Notes: generated by a model not told the origin, from the letters alone. A DNA stretch of 64,000 nt from Neodothiora populina (GCF_041146345.1 NW_027191402.1:620001-684000), one strand, 5' to 3'. Positions 27,379 through 40,338 are shown, counted from the stretch's first letter. Translations and numbers: made by a program.

Positions 27379-27589
27379 TCATTGAATATATCTTGAGGAT
27401 TTAATTTTGATTCTTTAACAGTATCTATGCTTATACCTGTATTAATTATATCTTCTTTAGTGCATATATATTCTATAGGATATATGAGTCATGATCCACA
27501 TAATCAAAGATTCTTTAGCTATTTAAGTTTATTCACATTTATGATGGTTATTCTTGTAACAGCTAATTATTTTTTTACTTATGTTTGTA
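27379..27589 (+). pseudogene. nad5: NUMT: fragment of mitochondrial NADH dehydrogenase subunit 5
   Basis: AT-rich island translating (genetic code 4) as SLNISW(TGA)[57 protein letters not shown].., then +1 T in a T-run before LLMFV. This is the conserved fungal ND5 N-terminal region. Confidence 0.93.
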
Positions 27590-28029
27590 TTCAATCCAGT
27601 CCCGTCATTCCGTCCAGGTCGGGTATAGGATAGGAGAAGAAGGAGAAGGATAGAGAAGCAGGGGTGATAGGACAGGGAGACACAGATGCTTCCAGTATAG
27701 GCAATGTGGTGACAGCGATGCGGCTTGTGTATAACAGCGACGACAGCGATTCCAAAAGCACTTCGGACAGGCTTCGTAATGAGTCTAGGCAGGATGTATG
27801 TTTTGTAGTATTCCGGCACGGCGGCGATGATTGCAGTTAGTGGCGGAGTATTGCTCTCAAAATGCTTCTTTGCGATGTTGTTGCGCAGCGAGTTGAGATT
27901 GAGATCCTTGGTCAAGAAAGGATGAGGAGAAGAAGTTGCAGAGAGAAAAGGTATAGACAAGACAAGATGACAATCGTGTCTGTCACATGCACGAGCACTC
28001 CAGTTGTCAGACAAGGATTGATAAACAAG

Positions 28030-28150
28030 TTGACCTACCAAGTCTGCCCATTGACCTACCAACCCACCTACCAAATCTACTAACTGACCTACCGATTCTA
28101 CTAACTGACCTACCAAATCTACTAGTTGACCTACCAAATCACCTACCAAC
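28030..28150. repeat. Degenerate 21-bp tandem repeat with ACCTACC core (7 cores)
   Basis: ACCTACC at 28033, 28054, 28066, 28087, 28108, 28129, 28141 (spacing 21,12,21,21,21,12). Confidence 0.85.
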
Positions 28151-29124
28151 GACCCAATCCAGACATCCCATACAAGAATCCAAATTCCGCAAGCACTCGT
28201 GACCAATTACCACGCCAATCGTCTTTCTACCCTCCAACACCCCTCTCTCCCTCTTTGTGTCTGGCTGCCTGCCTGCCCTTCCCTCCCTCTTGCCGCCCCA
28301 TGTCCTCCCTTGAACTCCACCTTTCAGTCGTCTATACATCAGTTCACGGGATGCTTCACAAACAAAAGGCACGCGCACCCAGAGCGACGAACAATGAAGG
28401 TCTCGGGCAAGAGAGCTGTGAGACTTTCTCATGAAATGAGCTGTGAGACTTTCCGTGGAAAGAGCTCGAGAGCTCGAGAGCTCGACATGTGGACGAGGTG
28501 AAATTGAGATCGGTTTGAGGCGGGCTGGATCTCTGCTGATGTACAAGTACCTTATGCATACATACAGTGTGGTAATCACACTTGCCCTACCCAAAGTCTC
28601 CTCCGTGTTCATCTGTAGCCGTTGTTCATACTGTGGTACTATCTTACTGTTGTAAGATTTCCGTTCTACCAAACACGTGTGGCATTTTATTACTAGCAAC
28701 CGGCAAAGGTTGCCGTAGGACAGTGAGATCACAGTGTAGAAGAGAAGATAAAAGGAAATAAAAAGGTGAATGTATAATGGATTGTTTTCTTTTGGATTTT
28801 TGCACATATCTAGAGTATCCGCAGCAGACACTGCACAAACCTCCCCCCTCCAAGAAAAGGTTCGAAAATGCTTGCAGCCGAGTGGTCTCTGAAACTCCAT
28901 AACTTCCTCCTTTCTTCCGAGGGAAAAAAAGATTCCCATATAAAAAATCTTTCGCTTCTCCTCCGTCCGAAAATTCCATCCAGGACGAGACACACAAAAA
29001 TGTCGATTAGAAAAGACGTAACGGCGTTAATAAAAGGGAAAATAAACACTATCTCCGGTGTAACGAAACCCATGCTAGGAAGGGAAAAATCATGGCATGC
29101 GTTCAACCGTCATTGCGCACACAT

Positions 29125-31292
29125 CTAGTCGACCTCCTCCATGGCGGACTCGGTGGCGGTCTCGGCGGGAGCGGCCTCGCCGGCCTTCTCGTCGCTGGTC
29201 TCGGCCTCCTCGTCGACGTTGAGTCCGAGCGACACGAGCTTGTGGATGCGCTCGGCGTAGGCGGCGGGCTCGTCAATGGTGAAGCCAGAGACAAGCAGAG
29301 AGGTCTCGTAGAGGAGCTGGGTGATGGACTTGACGGTGCGGTCGTTCTCGCCATCGGCCTCGACCTTCCTCTTGAGCTCCTTGATGATGGCAGACTTGGG
29401 AGAGATCTCAAAGGTCTTCTTCGAGGACATGTAAGATGACATGGAGGTGTCACGGAGAGCCTGGGCCTTCATGATACGCTCCATGTTGGCGGACCAACCG
29501 AACTGGCCGGTACGGATGGCGCAGGGGGAGCCGGAGAGCTTGTGGGAGACAACGACCTTCTCGACCTTGTCGCCGAGGACGTTCTTGAGGCTCTTGGCAA
29601 GGCCCTCGTACTCCTTCTCCTCAGCCTCGCGGGCGACCTTCTCCTCGTCGGTCTCCTCGAGCTCGAAGTCCTTGGTGATGTCGACGAGCTTCTTGCCGTC
29701 GTACTCCTTGAGCTGAGTGAAAGCGTACTCGTCAATGGGGTCGACGAGGAACAAAACCTCGAAGTTCTTCTCCTTGAGGGCGTCAAGGAAGGGAGACTTC
29801 TGGACGGCGTTGAGAGACTCGCCGGTGATGTAGTACATCTGCTTCTGGTGCTCGGGCATGCGAGTGATGTAGTCGGCAAGAGAAGTGATCTCCTCGGTGG
29901 ACTTGGTCGAGTTGAAGCGGAGGAGCTTGGCGAGGGACTGGCGGTTCTGGGAGTCCTCGTGGATGCCGAGCTTGATGTTCTTGCTGAAGGCGGCGTAGAA
30001 CTTGTCGAACTGCTCGCGGTCCTCGGCAATCTCGTTGAAGAGCTCAAGAACCTTCTTGACGATGTTCTTCTTGATGACCTTCATGATCTTGTTCTGCTGG
30101 AGAGTCTCGCGGGACAGGTTGAGGGGAAGATCCTCGGAGTCGACGACACCCTTGATGAAGGACAACCACTCGGGGATGATGTCGGTGGCATCGTCGGTGA
30201 TGAAGACACGGCGGACGTAGAGCTTGATGTTGTTCTTGGTCTTCTTGGTCTCGAAGAGATCAAAGGGAGCGCGCTTGGGGACGAAGAGGATGGCGCGGAA
30301 CTCGAGCTGACCCTCGACGGAGAAGTGCTTGACGGCAAGGTGGTCCTCCCAGTCGTTGGAGAGCGACTTGTAGAAGGCGGCGTACTCCTCCTGCGTGATG
30401 TCTTGAGGGTTGCGGGTCCAGATGGGCTTGGTCTTGTTGAGCTCCTCCTCCTCGATCTTGCTCTCCTTGATCTTCTTGGTCTTCTTCTCCTTCTTCTTCT
30501 CCTCCTCCTCGTCGTCGACCTCCTCGACCTTGGGCTTCTGGTCGTCGTCCTCCTTGGTCTCGGTCTCGGCCTCCTCGTCGGGGACCTCGGTCTCGGTCTC
30601 CTTGAGGACGTGGAGGTAGATGGGGTATGAGATGAACTCGGAGTGCTTCTTGACGACCTCCTTGATCTTGCTCTCATTGAGGTAGTCGGTCTGCTCCTCC
30701 TTGAGGTGGAGGATCATCTTGGAACCGCGGCCGAGGGGCTCGCCCTCGGTGTCCTGGCGGAGGGTGAAGGTGCCACCGGCGCTGGACTCCCAGATGTACT
30801 GCTCGTCATCGTTGTGCTTGGAGATGACGGTGACGCGGTCGGCGACGAGGTAGGCAGAGTAGAAACCAACACCGAACTGACCAATCATGGAGATGTCAGC
30901 ACCGGCGGTCAGGGCCTCCATGAACTGCTTGGTGCCGGAGCGGGCGATCGTTCCGAGGTTGTTGACGAGGTCCTGTCTGCTATCAGTATTGCGTAGACAC
31001 AACAGAGCAGAGACGAAAACAAACTTACAGCCTTGGTCATACCGATACCGGTATCACGGATGGTCAACGTCTTGTTCTCCTTGTCGGGGATGATGTCGAT
31101 TCTCAGGTCCTTGCCCGAGTCGAGCTTGCTGGGGTCTGAGAGAGACTCATAACGGATCTTGTCAATGGCATCAGAAGCGTTGGAGATGAGTTCTCGGAGG
31201 AAGATCTCCTTGTTCGAGTAGACGGTGTTGATGATGAGCGACAGGAGCTGAGAGATCTCGGCCTGGAACTCAAACGTCTCTGCGGATGCCAT
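29125..31292 (-). CDS. HSP90: Cytosolic heat shock protein 90, 2 exons
   Basis: [38 protein letters not shown]; intron 31028-30973; [13 protein letters not shown]-terminal MEEVD; extreme C/G third-position bias. Confidence 0.98.
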
Positions 31293-31532
31293 TTTGAGCT
31301 GTGTGTGTGCTTGTGATTGTGGTTGTGGCTGTTTCAAAGTATCAAATGCGCAGGAAAAGGTGTATCACGAGTGAGGAATTGCGCAGCAGAAGGTGACCTG
31401 GATCAAGTCGGGTATCAAAGGTGTTTGATTGATGTAGATGAGTAGGAGAAGATTGGAAAAAAGTAGCTTGCAGGCAAAGGTTAAAGGTGTTGTTCTGCAT
31501 TTTTGTACTCAGCCAAGGCGTGCTTCACATGT

Positions 31533-31637
31533 GTCTGGAAGCTTCCCTCAGATGTGCACGGACGCCGCCAAGATTTCTGTATACCACTCTACACAAACAA
31601 ACCAGTGCAGTGAGAGTGTAGCCAGTATCTTCCAGAA
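31533..31637. promoter_or_regulatory. Two imperfect heat-shock elements upstream of HSP90
   Basis: GTCtgGAAgcTTC (31533-31545) and GTAtcTTCcaGAA (31625-31637), each one mismatch from three inverted nGAAn units, ~240-345 nt upstream of the ATG. Confidence 0.5.
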
Positions 31638-32585
31638 GTGAGTGGATCTTCTCTGTCGTGTCTCTGTGTTCTGACTGTGTGTCTTCTCACTTTGCTCTTG
31701 CTGCAGTCGTCGTTGTTGCTGTCGCTATTTTGTTGGGTGGTGGTGGTGCGCTTCCTACCAAGGTAACCATGCACTTCCTTCTTCTGTAAGCTTCGATCGT
31801 TCGCTCTAGTCATGGTAGACTATATTGCTGAATTGCTTGACTGTCACCTCACTTCACCTCGTCTATGAACAGCCTAGTAGAATCCATACTCTTCCTACAC
31901 ACACTAACCATTAATGAGGCTCATAGTTTCACTACGGTAAGGCGAGATCACGAAGGATGCTTCTGGCGCTCTACCGACGTTCTGCGGCACATAGAGAGGA
32001 CAGGGTTGCCCTATTCACCCAATCTCTCGCTGCTGAAGTGTATGTCGATCTGTATATGAGAACTCCGTCTATGCACTCACCAAACATTGCAGGGAGACTC
32101 TGCAGATTCAAGAATGGATAACAAGTAAAAAGGCTAGACCCGAGCATAAATCAAATGTCCACCTGCTGTGGAATACCACAGGTCAATTAGTTCTGATAGC
32201 TACATACAAACAAATAAACATCAAAACATGTGGGAGATAGATCGTGAGAGGATGCGCGCAGTCCTAGTATGTGATACCGAAGACGAACAGTGTACATATT
32301 CCAAACAACCCGCCCGTCTTTCGCCATAACTCCATGATTGTGTGCGTTTAGATAAAAACAAGTGCCCTGATTCCCGTCTACCTCAGTGAAGCCATCCTAC
32401 CCAAGGGGCAGCAACAAGAGGCTTGGTTTCCAAATCCTGTCATTCGCAGTTGTATCGACCACTGACTCCGAGGTGTTCTCATACAAGAGCAAAACACATC
32501 TTGGAAAGAATGGCCTTGCACTGATCTTCTTCGTCTTCTTCTTCTTCCTCATCACCATAGCACCGTCTCTTCATCAATCGCTCCC

Positions 32586-33593
32586 TTACGAAGTCGCGCC
32601 CACCTCCATGCTTCTCTTCTCCGGCAGCTCAGCAGGCAGCTCCGCAGCGAGGTGAGTCTGTCGTCTCGGAGTGAAGACGGCGTCCTGGCCCGTCATCCTC
32701 CTGCCCAGGGCGCGCTCGACCTTTGCTCCCAGGGCTGTCAGGGACACCTCGTCGCCCTTCTTGCCACTCATGACATATCGTTGTTTCTCCAGACGCTCGT
32801 CCTGCATGCGCTCGAAGCCCGCCGACCAGGTCTTGAGGTCCTGGGTGCGCGGGTCAGTCGAGCCCAGCGTCGTCGTCGAGGCGACCGGGTCCATGCACGC
32901 TATCTTCTCCGAGTCGTAGTTGGGACCATCAGAGGCCACAGCGGTGGAGGAAGATTGTCGATGATGGCGACTGTTGGAGGACTGCTCGTCGTGTCCGCCG
33001 TTGGACGCGCCAGCTGCGTGGTGTGAAGCGTTCATATCGCTCGATATTGATGACACGGGTCTCTGGGAGGCGGTGGTCGAGCTGCTGGGTGCAAGCGATG
33101 GCTGGATCGAAGGAGCCCCCGAATATGTGGAGAGACGAACAGAGTCTAGTTGTGCGTTTGCCGTCTTTGTAGCCTTTCAGGAATGAATTGTCTCAAATGT
33201 CAGCTTGAGCTCGAGCAAGAAACGTGAAATGACGGCCGCGCCCCCGTTAAATGTTAAATGCTCGTCGCCTCTGCTACTGCTGCTGCTTCTGTCACACCCC
33301 TGTAGGAGTCGCTCGCCGCGGACGTTTTTCGCTTCTCCATGCTTTTGCACGTGGACAAGGGTGAAAGTGGATGGCAACGTCCCGTTCCCGCATACATACT
33401 TTCCACAAACCAGCAAGCTGCAAAGGCGCAAACACATACAATACAATATAGTACACACACACGCGCGCAAAACACAGAAACGTACAGTGACTAGTGTTCG
33501 AACACTCAGGATAACCAAGATTTGTAATATTTGCAGAGTGTGAAATGACAATTACAGCGACATTGAGGGTGAGAGGAGAATAATACGTACCAT
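32586..33593 (-). CDS. Conserved-looking small fungal hypothetical protein (~196 aa); first exon is the ATG only
   Basis: ORF 32586-33056 extends in frame to an acceptor at 33174 (CTGAC..GAAAG|GCT). Upstream CCGCCATG|GTACGT at 33593-33591 supplies a start. Conserved-looking block LGAKVERALGRRMTGQDAVF. Confidence 0.6.
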
Positions 33594-34360
33594 GGCGGGA
33601 GAGACACCGTCCTGCAGTCAGCCCTCGATACGATCGACGCGTGCTAAAGGAGTGAAAGGTCACACTAGGTCCAGGACCATGGACTTGCACACTTGCTTTC
33701 CCACGTGTTTCTTAGTGGAGAGGGTCCTCCTGTTCGAGTGATAGGATCGACCGGACAAAGCGACTTGTTTATGTGAAACGAAGCCTCGGTGTTGAATGAC
33801 GATGCCTTGACTCGCTGCTGCCCGAAGTGTTATAAATAACGGCAGTAGGGAGGGAAGTTTTTCTGTTGGTGTAAATGTGATTACAAGGTAGAAGCGAAAG
33901 GAGACATGACATGAGGACTATGACACAGTATCATCCCGTCTTATTTGCACCCCCCTTTAGCCATTGCGTCGCCAGCCCATTTCAGGCCTTTTGCAGATCA
34001 ACGTAGCTCAGAAGCAAGGACTGACCCCTGGCATGCGCTATCAATGTCATTGGCCGGGCTAGGGCTACACAGTGAGACTGGTGAACCATTGAGAGGCAGA
34101 GGCAATAAGCACCGATACTTGTGTCAGACGTAGAAGCACTCGTGAAATGTGGTTCGGCCTTCGACTGCTCTGCAAATGCCCTAAGCACTCGCTTTGCCAC
34201 GTGCCTGTCATGTCATTGTACTGTAAGCCCACGAGACACAAGAGGCAATCTTCGACCACATGCAGCACTGTGCTATTGCTACATTAGGTACGCTACTGCG
34301 ACCAATACTAACCAGTCATTCGTCATCCCGTGGTCCCATCATTTGTCGTGTCGCATCTTA

Positions 34361-36701
34361 TCATTCATCCCCCCAGACGAAGCTTCTCCAGTCGTCTCGG
34401 GGCAGGAGTACGTACCCAGCAATCTCGTGCTGCGCCGTCGCCCTGAGGCCAAGCCATTCGGCGACCTCGCTCCAATTTCGTGTCACCCAGATTGTCATGG
34501 TCGCTAAAACACTACAGCCCCCTAGCACCCGAAGGATGAGCCATCCTCGCCTACGCACTCTCTCGCCCAGAGCCAGCACTCCCAATGGGTCTTGGGCGTT
34601 GACACTGCCCTTCTCGGCATCTCCTCCACTACACTGCATACAGACCTGGCGCTTCCTGCTTCGGGGAAACAAGACGAGTTCGTCGTCGGCTGAGGATATC
34701 GCTCTGCTTCTTCTAGACTTATGCATGATCATCTTTCGCCCACTGCCGTCTTGCCTCACCAACCACCTTCGCTCCGTTGCCAAAGCTCGCTCTAGGTCTT
34801 CTGCCCAACCGGTAATGGATACTGGGGGATACATCCCAGATCGAGTGTCCACCCTCTTGAATGCTAAACGATCAAACATTGACCAGTCAAGCGCTTGCGG
34901 GTCATGGCCTTTTCGAACATCGCTCCATGAACGGACAGGGAAATTGAAGGCCAACGGACCGACTTCGTTCATCTGAGCCCGCATCCGAGGGTCCAGATGC
35001 TCTTTGCGCCAGCGAATGAACTTCTTTACAGCGCAATGGCGCAACCATCGAATGTTGTCTGGATCGAACAATTGATCGGCTAACGTAGGTAGGTCACTCG
35101 GCACCAAAGGCTGGGAGTATTCAGGAGACATGAGCAAGCTCGCATCCATCACATCATGGTCGTCCCCAGGATGAGAAGACACAGCGTAGGGCATTCTGAG
35201 TCCATCTGAAGTTTCCTGGAATGTGACCCATTTCACGTCTGCAGCCTCCAGCGCGGTGCTCAAGCTAGCTTTAAGATCGTCGGGCGCCGTACATATGTCG
35301 GCTTTGCCAATTACAGGAACAAGGTTTGATAGTGCTGATAGGCGGCGAAGGTAGTCCAGCTCAGCAGGGGTAGGGTCGATTTGACCTGTTTAGTGTCAGC
35401 CTGCCCTTCCGATGTGAATGTCTTAGAAGGTCCATACCCGGAGGAAATATGTAGATGATAGCGTCCACTTGGGCTCCGCCGCCCCCACTCAAGGTGTCAA
35501 GCAATTCCGGGTCGTCTGAATGACCCAGGTTTGTGTTACGACGTAGACAACTCTGCAAATAGTCGAAGATGTCAGGAACAGTCGAATGTGCTGTGTCGTG
35601 GTTATTTGTGTTCATCTCGCATCCTGGAGTATCCACAATACAGATGTTACGTTCCAAAGCGGCGCCCCCAATACTTCGCCTCTTCCATTGCGGATAAGGC
35701 TTGGTAGAGGCATTGATCTCCGAGATGGCACTGGTTGGAACATAGTCCTCACCGTGGCTCCGGACGTCAAGTAACCAGTTTTGTGAGGAGCGAGCAGATG
35801 AGTCGACGCTATGATCGACATGTACAATGTCGGGACACGCTCGTATGACACTTCGGATGAAGTTCGTCTTTCCCACACGTGGCAGACCAGTCACCAGTAC
35901 CTTCAGCTTGCCCATGTTCTTCCCTCGATCAGTGAATGGACGGCGTTTTGGCATGGATAGACTGGGCATGACGAGCTGGGGGCCACTCGTGGAAAGCTCA
36001 GCACCGGGTGTGGCACCGTCACTGGCGCCGAATGCATCTTCATCAACGGTGTCTTCATCTTCACTCGAAGACTGCACAGCCTGACTGGCGCAGTCGTCTA
36101 ATATGCTGCCTTCTTCATCTGAGAGTCCCAGACTTCTCACACTGCCGCACAAGGGAGTACTCGGCACACCTGAACCAGTCCTGGCGCTTGGACGCGGAGA
36201 AGCAAAGGCACGCGATCGGGATTGAATAGAAGCACTCCGAGGGTGCCGTCGTGAGGGTGAAACCTCGTATCGAGGTCGATGACTTGATGAATTGGATCGA
36301 GCGGGCGACGTGGATGATCTATGGGGGGATATGATGCGCTGGGCAGCTGCAAAGATTTTGGGATGTATGGAGTTCTTTTTCCTATTCATAAAAGCCGGGA
36401 CATCTTGAAGGTGATCCGTATTATCTGCCTGTGAGTGCATAATGTCTTCTGATAGTGCACCACGTAGTGTGTCTGCTAAGCTCTGTACGCCAAAGGAGCT
36501 GGCTGCGGACAACTCCTCGGTGATATGGGAGCCTCTCGTCGAGTCATTTGTCCCTGCAGAAGGCATTCGGTTCATATCTCCTTCACTACGTAAGAAGAAT
36601 GTCATAGGGCTATTGCTGGGAGGAGGTTGCGCCGTTGTGGGCAAGTCAGCGAGGTCTGATTTGCTGGCTGTGCCCGGCGCTTCACCTCTACCACTCCTCA
36701 T
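34361..36701 (-). CDS. Septin-like P-loop GTPase with C-terminal hydrophobic segment, 2 exons
   Basis: ATG 36701; exon 1 to 35438, intron 35437-35386, exon 2 from 35385. G1 GLPRVGKT, G3 ICIVDTPG, G4 NLVPVIGKAD; C-terminal DPLG..GWLILRVLGGCSVLATMTIWV. Confidence 0.8.
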
Positions 36702-37965
36702 TGCGGGCGAGCGACTCCTGAGATTTGCGTCGCTAATAGTCCAGTCTACAGTCAATTCATCACTTTTGTATCAGCTCAGTGCCTCCTGCGGCGGTGTGGA
36801 CAACGACACCACGGGGGATACAGTAGAACCGGAATCGGCTGTTCTATTTGTCGATCAATATCGGCTATAGTTGGTACAGCAAGATAGATGGCTCAAGACT
36901 GAACGCAGATGGTCTCAGGGCGCCAAAGACGGGTCTGGTCCACGGTACAGGTGCAGGTGCAGGCGTGGCGTGTGGTTTGTGATTGATGATATGTGCCAAG
37001 GCAGGAGCCTATCCAATCTCACAGGGTCCCAAGGGGGGAAAGATGAGGTATGGTGCAGGCAGAAGGCTTCGAAGAATGTGCGACTTAGAGATATGTACAC
37101 GCTGGCATGTATCTGCTGCTATCATGTAAAGGATGCTGCATGTGCACAGGTGCCTCTTGATACCCAGCGACACCAACATTACATTGGGGCGTGGTCACCG
37201 TCACGGAGCGGGGGCCGGCGATAACTCATGAGATAAGGTGAGAGATTCCCGTCTGTGCACAAACGGTCGAGGGGCTTATCAGGCAACACGAGACCCTGGG
37301 GATTCCTGAGAGAGGTAAGGTACATAAGATAGTACATACAGCACTTGTTGAAATACGCTACCATGGTCTTACGGGAGTGACAATGATGAAGAGGAGCAAT
37401 AGCACGTCGCGGGTGGCATCAGAGCTTGGTCACTATTGCTTCGATGCTTCGTTCTGGCCTTTTGGAAATCGTTTATCATCATGACACAACCTGACCTAGA
37501 CCTCAAGTCGTAATACTTCATCGTATGCCACCAGCTTTCCTTGGGACATGGGAAAAGCCATGGCTCGCTTGCCGTCCATACTCCCGCCCGACACCACTCT
37601 CCTCCCTTGACCCCGGCTCCAAAAACCCCCTGCTCAAGCTAATAAAACATCGTGAAAGAGACATAATGGGACGTCGGTAGAGCAAGTGAAAAGTGGAGAG
37701 AATGAGCGTTAAAGATGCGAGGGAAGAGCATGAGGAACGGCAAAAAGAGAAATCAGCAGCCGATCGCTATGCATTAGTAACAGAACCAGCTATAGAAGCA
37801 ACGCAAAGGCCGGAGAGTGTCTGCATGCTCCCTGACGCCGCTCAAAGACTTTTTGTTTTGCGCAACACGTGCCGTCGTATAATGTACAATGGGCTGTCCA
37901 GCATGCCGCCGGAGTATAGGCTCGCGTGCCTAGATGGAGATGTGGGTTTGCGGAGAGGAATATGT

Positions 37966-39875
37966 TTATGCGGCCTGGGCGCCTCCACGGCCTCTGTTCG
38001 CTCCACTTCCGCGTCCTCTCTGAGAGAATCCACCACGGCCTCCCTGGAAGGAACCGCGGCCGCTCGTCTGACCAGACGAGCCACCTCTGCCGCCTCTCAT
38101 ACCGCCGCGCTGGACGTATGGGTACGAGCCGGGCTTCATGCGGCGTTCTTCGACTACGACGCGCTCGTTGCCGATCTGGTGCGGGTTGGCGTCCATGGCT
38201 CCCTTGTAACCCTCGGCGGTCTTGAAGTCGACAAAGGCACAGTTCTGGGTCTGTCAGCGACGTGTTTCTTCCTTGTTTAACGCAATAGTCAGACGGCTAC
38301 ATACCTTTTGTCTGGCGACGTCGAAGTAGAGAAGCTCGCCGAACTTCTCCAACTCGGCACGGAGATCCTTGGCATCAATGGTGTCGTTAACGTTCTTGAT
38401 GTAAGCACGGTACTGAGGAGCTTCCTGGGCGCCGCCAGCGGCCTGCGCCTTGGATTGCTGCCTCTTGTGGTCACCTCCGACGCTAGTCCACTCGTCCTGC
38501 TGGCCTGCGGAAGGTGATGGCTCGCCAGCGGCGGCGCTCGCGGGTGCAGCAGAGGGAACGGGAGCGGTGGTCTGCGTCAAAGTGGAGGCTGCCTTGGGCT
38601 GAGGGGCGGTAGACGAAGCTGGTGACTGGGGAGTAGGAATGGCAGGCATAACGACACGGTGAGCGGCTGCGGCGAGGTTGGCCCAGGTTTTAGGAGCGGC
38701 AGGCTTGGCTGGTGCTGCAGGACTGGACTGGGCGGCGGGGGCGGCTGGCTGTGCGGCAGGCTGCTTGGCTGGTGACATTGCGGGCGTTGGCTCGGGGTCC
38801 TTGGGCTTCTCCTCTACAAGAGCCTCGGGAGCAGCTGGCTCGGGAACAGCGGCCGCAGCGGGCTCTTCGACAGCAGCGGGAGCAGGTGCCTCCTCTTGAG
38901 CGGGCGCCTCCTCCTTGGGAGTGCCGTTGGTCGTGACCTCGGGCTCGGCTTCTGCGGCGGCGGCGGCGGCGGATGTCTCAGGCTCGATGATCTTCTCTTC
39001 CAGCTCCTTGTCAAGCTCGGCGGCGTCCCTCTCAATGGCGGCGGGGTCAGAAGAGCTAGTCAAAGTCTCTGGCTCAGCAGTCTCTGGCTCAGCGGCAGGG
39101 GCAGGCTTCTGAACGTCAGCAGGAGCAGACTGAGCTGCCGATTCCTCCTGAACCTCTTGTGCGCTAACCTCGTCCTCCTCGTCGACAATGTAGCGGAAAA
39201 TGTCGTTCAGCACAAAGTAACCATTGGTCTGGCCAGCCAAGACGAAGGTCTGCGTGAACTTCTTGTGGGGGGCGGACTTGTTGGAGATTTCACCGATGAC
39301 TTGGATGACGATGTTCTGGTCTGAGGCTTGCGAGTCGACATTGGTGACGCGGACCTTGCAGTCCTGGAACTCGAGTTCCTTGATACGGTCATTGATGGCC
39401 TAGGCGTCACTTGTCAGTCCGTGGCATGAGTCAGGCGAGACGAATAGAGGTGGAAGAACAGGAAGAGAAAACAGTGGTAGTACTGACTCTTTGACCAACG
39501 GAAACAGCAACCTTCTCCGTCTCGTTTCCGGAAACGTATTGTGATCGCTTGTTGTAGAAAAGCTGTACTGCCAGTCAGTGAACCTGCGGAGCAATAAAGA
39601 GTGCGCCCTCGCGATGTGAAACTCACGAAAAGCTTCTCGGGGCTGCGGCTGAGGGTGGTGTAGTATTGCTCGACAAAGTACCAGCCAACCTCGTCCTTTG
39701 GGATATCGGCGGCGGAGCTGGAGGCACTCTGAGTAGCGGGCGCTGCAGCGGAAGCAGAAGCAGGATTCGAGTAGGCGGAGTGGTAGTTGGAGGTGGCGGA
39801 AGGATAACCAGTGTGGTTCTGGTCGTAGCCTTGATGAGGCGCGAAGTCGCCGTTGACAGCGAATTCACTAGCCAT
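37966..39875 (-). CDS. NTF2-RRM-RGG protein (Bre5/Nxt3/G3BP-like), 4 exons
   Basis: Exons 39875-39627, 39562-39488, 39399-38305, 38244-37966. NTF2 motifs VGWYFVEQYYTTL, YFVLNDIFRY; acidic/Pro-Ala linker with PKTWA; RRM RAYIKNV..NCAFVDF; RGG tail. Confidence 0.92.
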
Positions 39876-40337
39876 TCTTAGATCTGTCGCCGACTGAGGA
39901 GGTGATGCAATGATGCAGAGACGCAAGGTATGGAAGGGAAGGATGAGATGGGTGACGTGGTGTTATGCAATGCAATGCGCTGCAGACAATGATGAATGAA
40001 TCTCTGCAAGCTCAAGGTCAGGTCAGATCAGATCAGATTCGCAAAAGAGTGTTATGGAATTGAAGGTGATAATCAAGGTCTCGCCTGGACCTAACTTACC
40101 CGTCAGAAGTGAATCGGGATGTGAGTCGAGCTCCGGGAGGCAGGACTGTAGTTGATTGGAGTAGGTAAGAAACGGTCCGAGGATGAGAGATTGTTGGATG
40201 GGAGTTGTGGAGGGGAGGGTCGAAGGGGAGATATTTCGACAGGTCGTCAAGGCAAGAAGTTCGGCGTAAAGTGGGTACGAGGAGTATGGGGCATGCAGTA
40301 TGTGCGAATCGAGTATTGATTCCTCTCCGAAGCAAGC

Positions 40338-40338
<1 letters not shown>

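Noticed and set aside
27427..27633. Functional nuclear ND5 mini-gene
   Set aside because: Internal fragment only, with upstream in-frame TGA, a frameshift and no targeting sequence; treated as a NUMT.
27529..28206. 225-aa ORF with LVGQLVD heptad repeats
   Set aside because: No ATG start; the heptads are simply the 21-bp DNA repeat, and the frame runs into the antisense of the NUMT.
29542..30630. 362-aa plus-strand ORF and other long ORFs overlapping HSP90
   Set aside because: Antisense and shifted-frame shadows produced by extreme codon bias; the same applies to ORFs opposite the NTF2-RRM, GLC7 and LRR genes.
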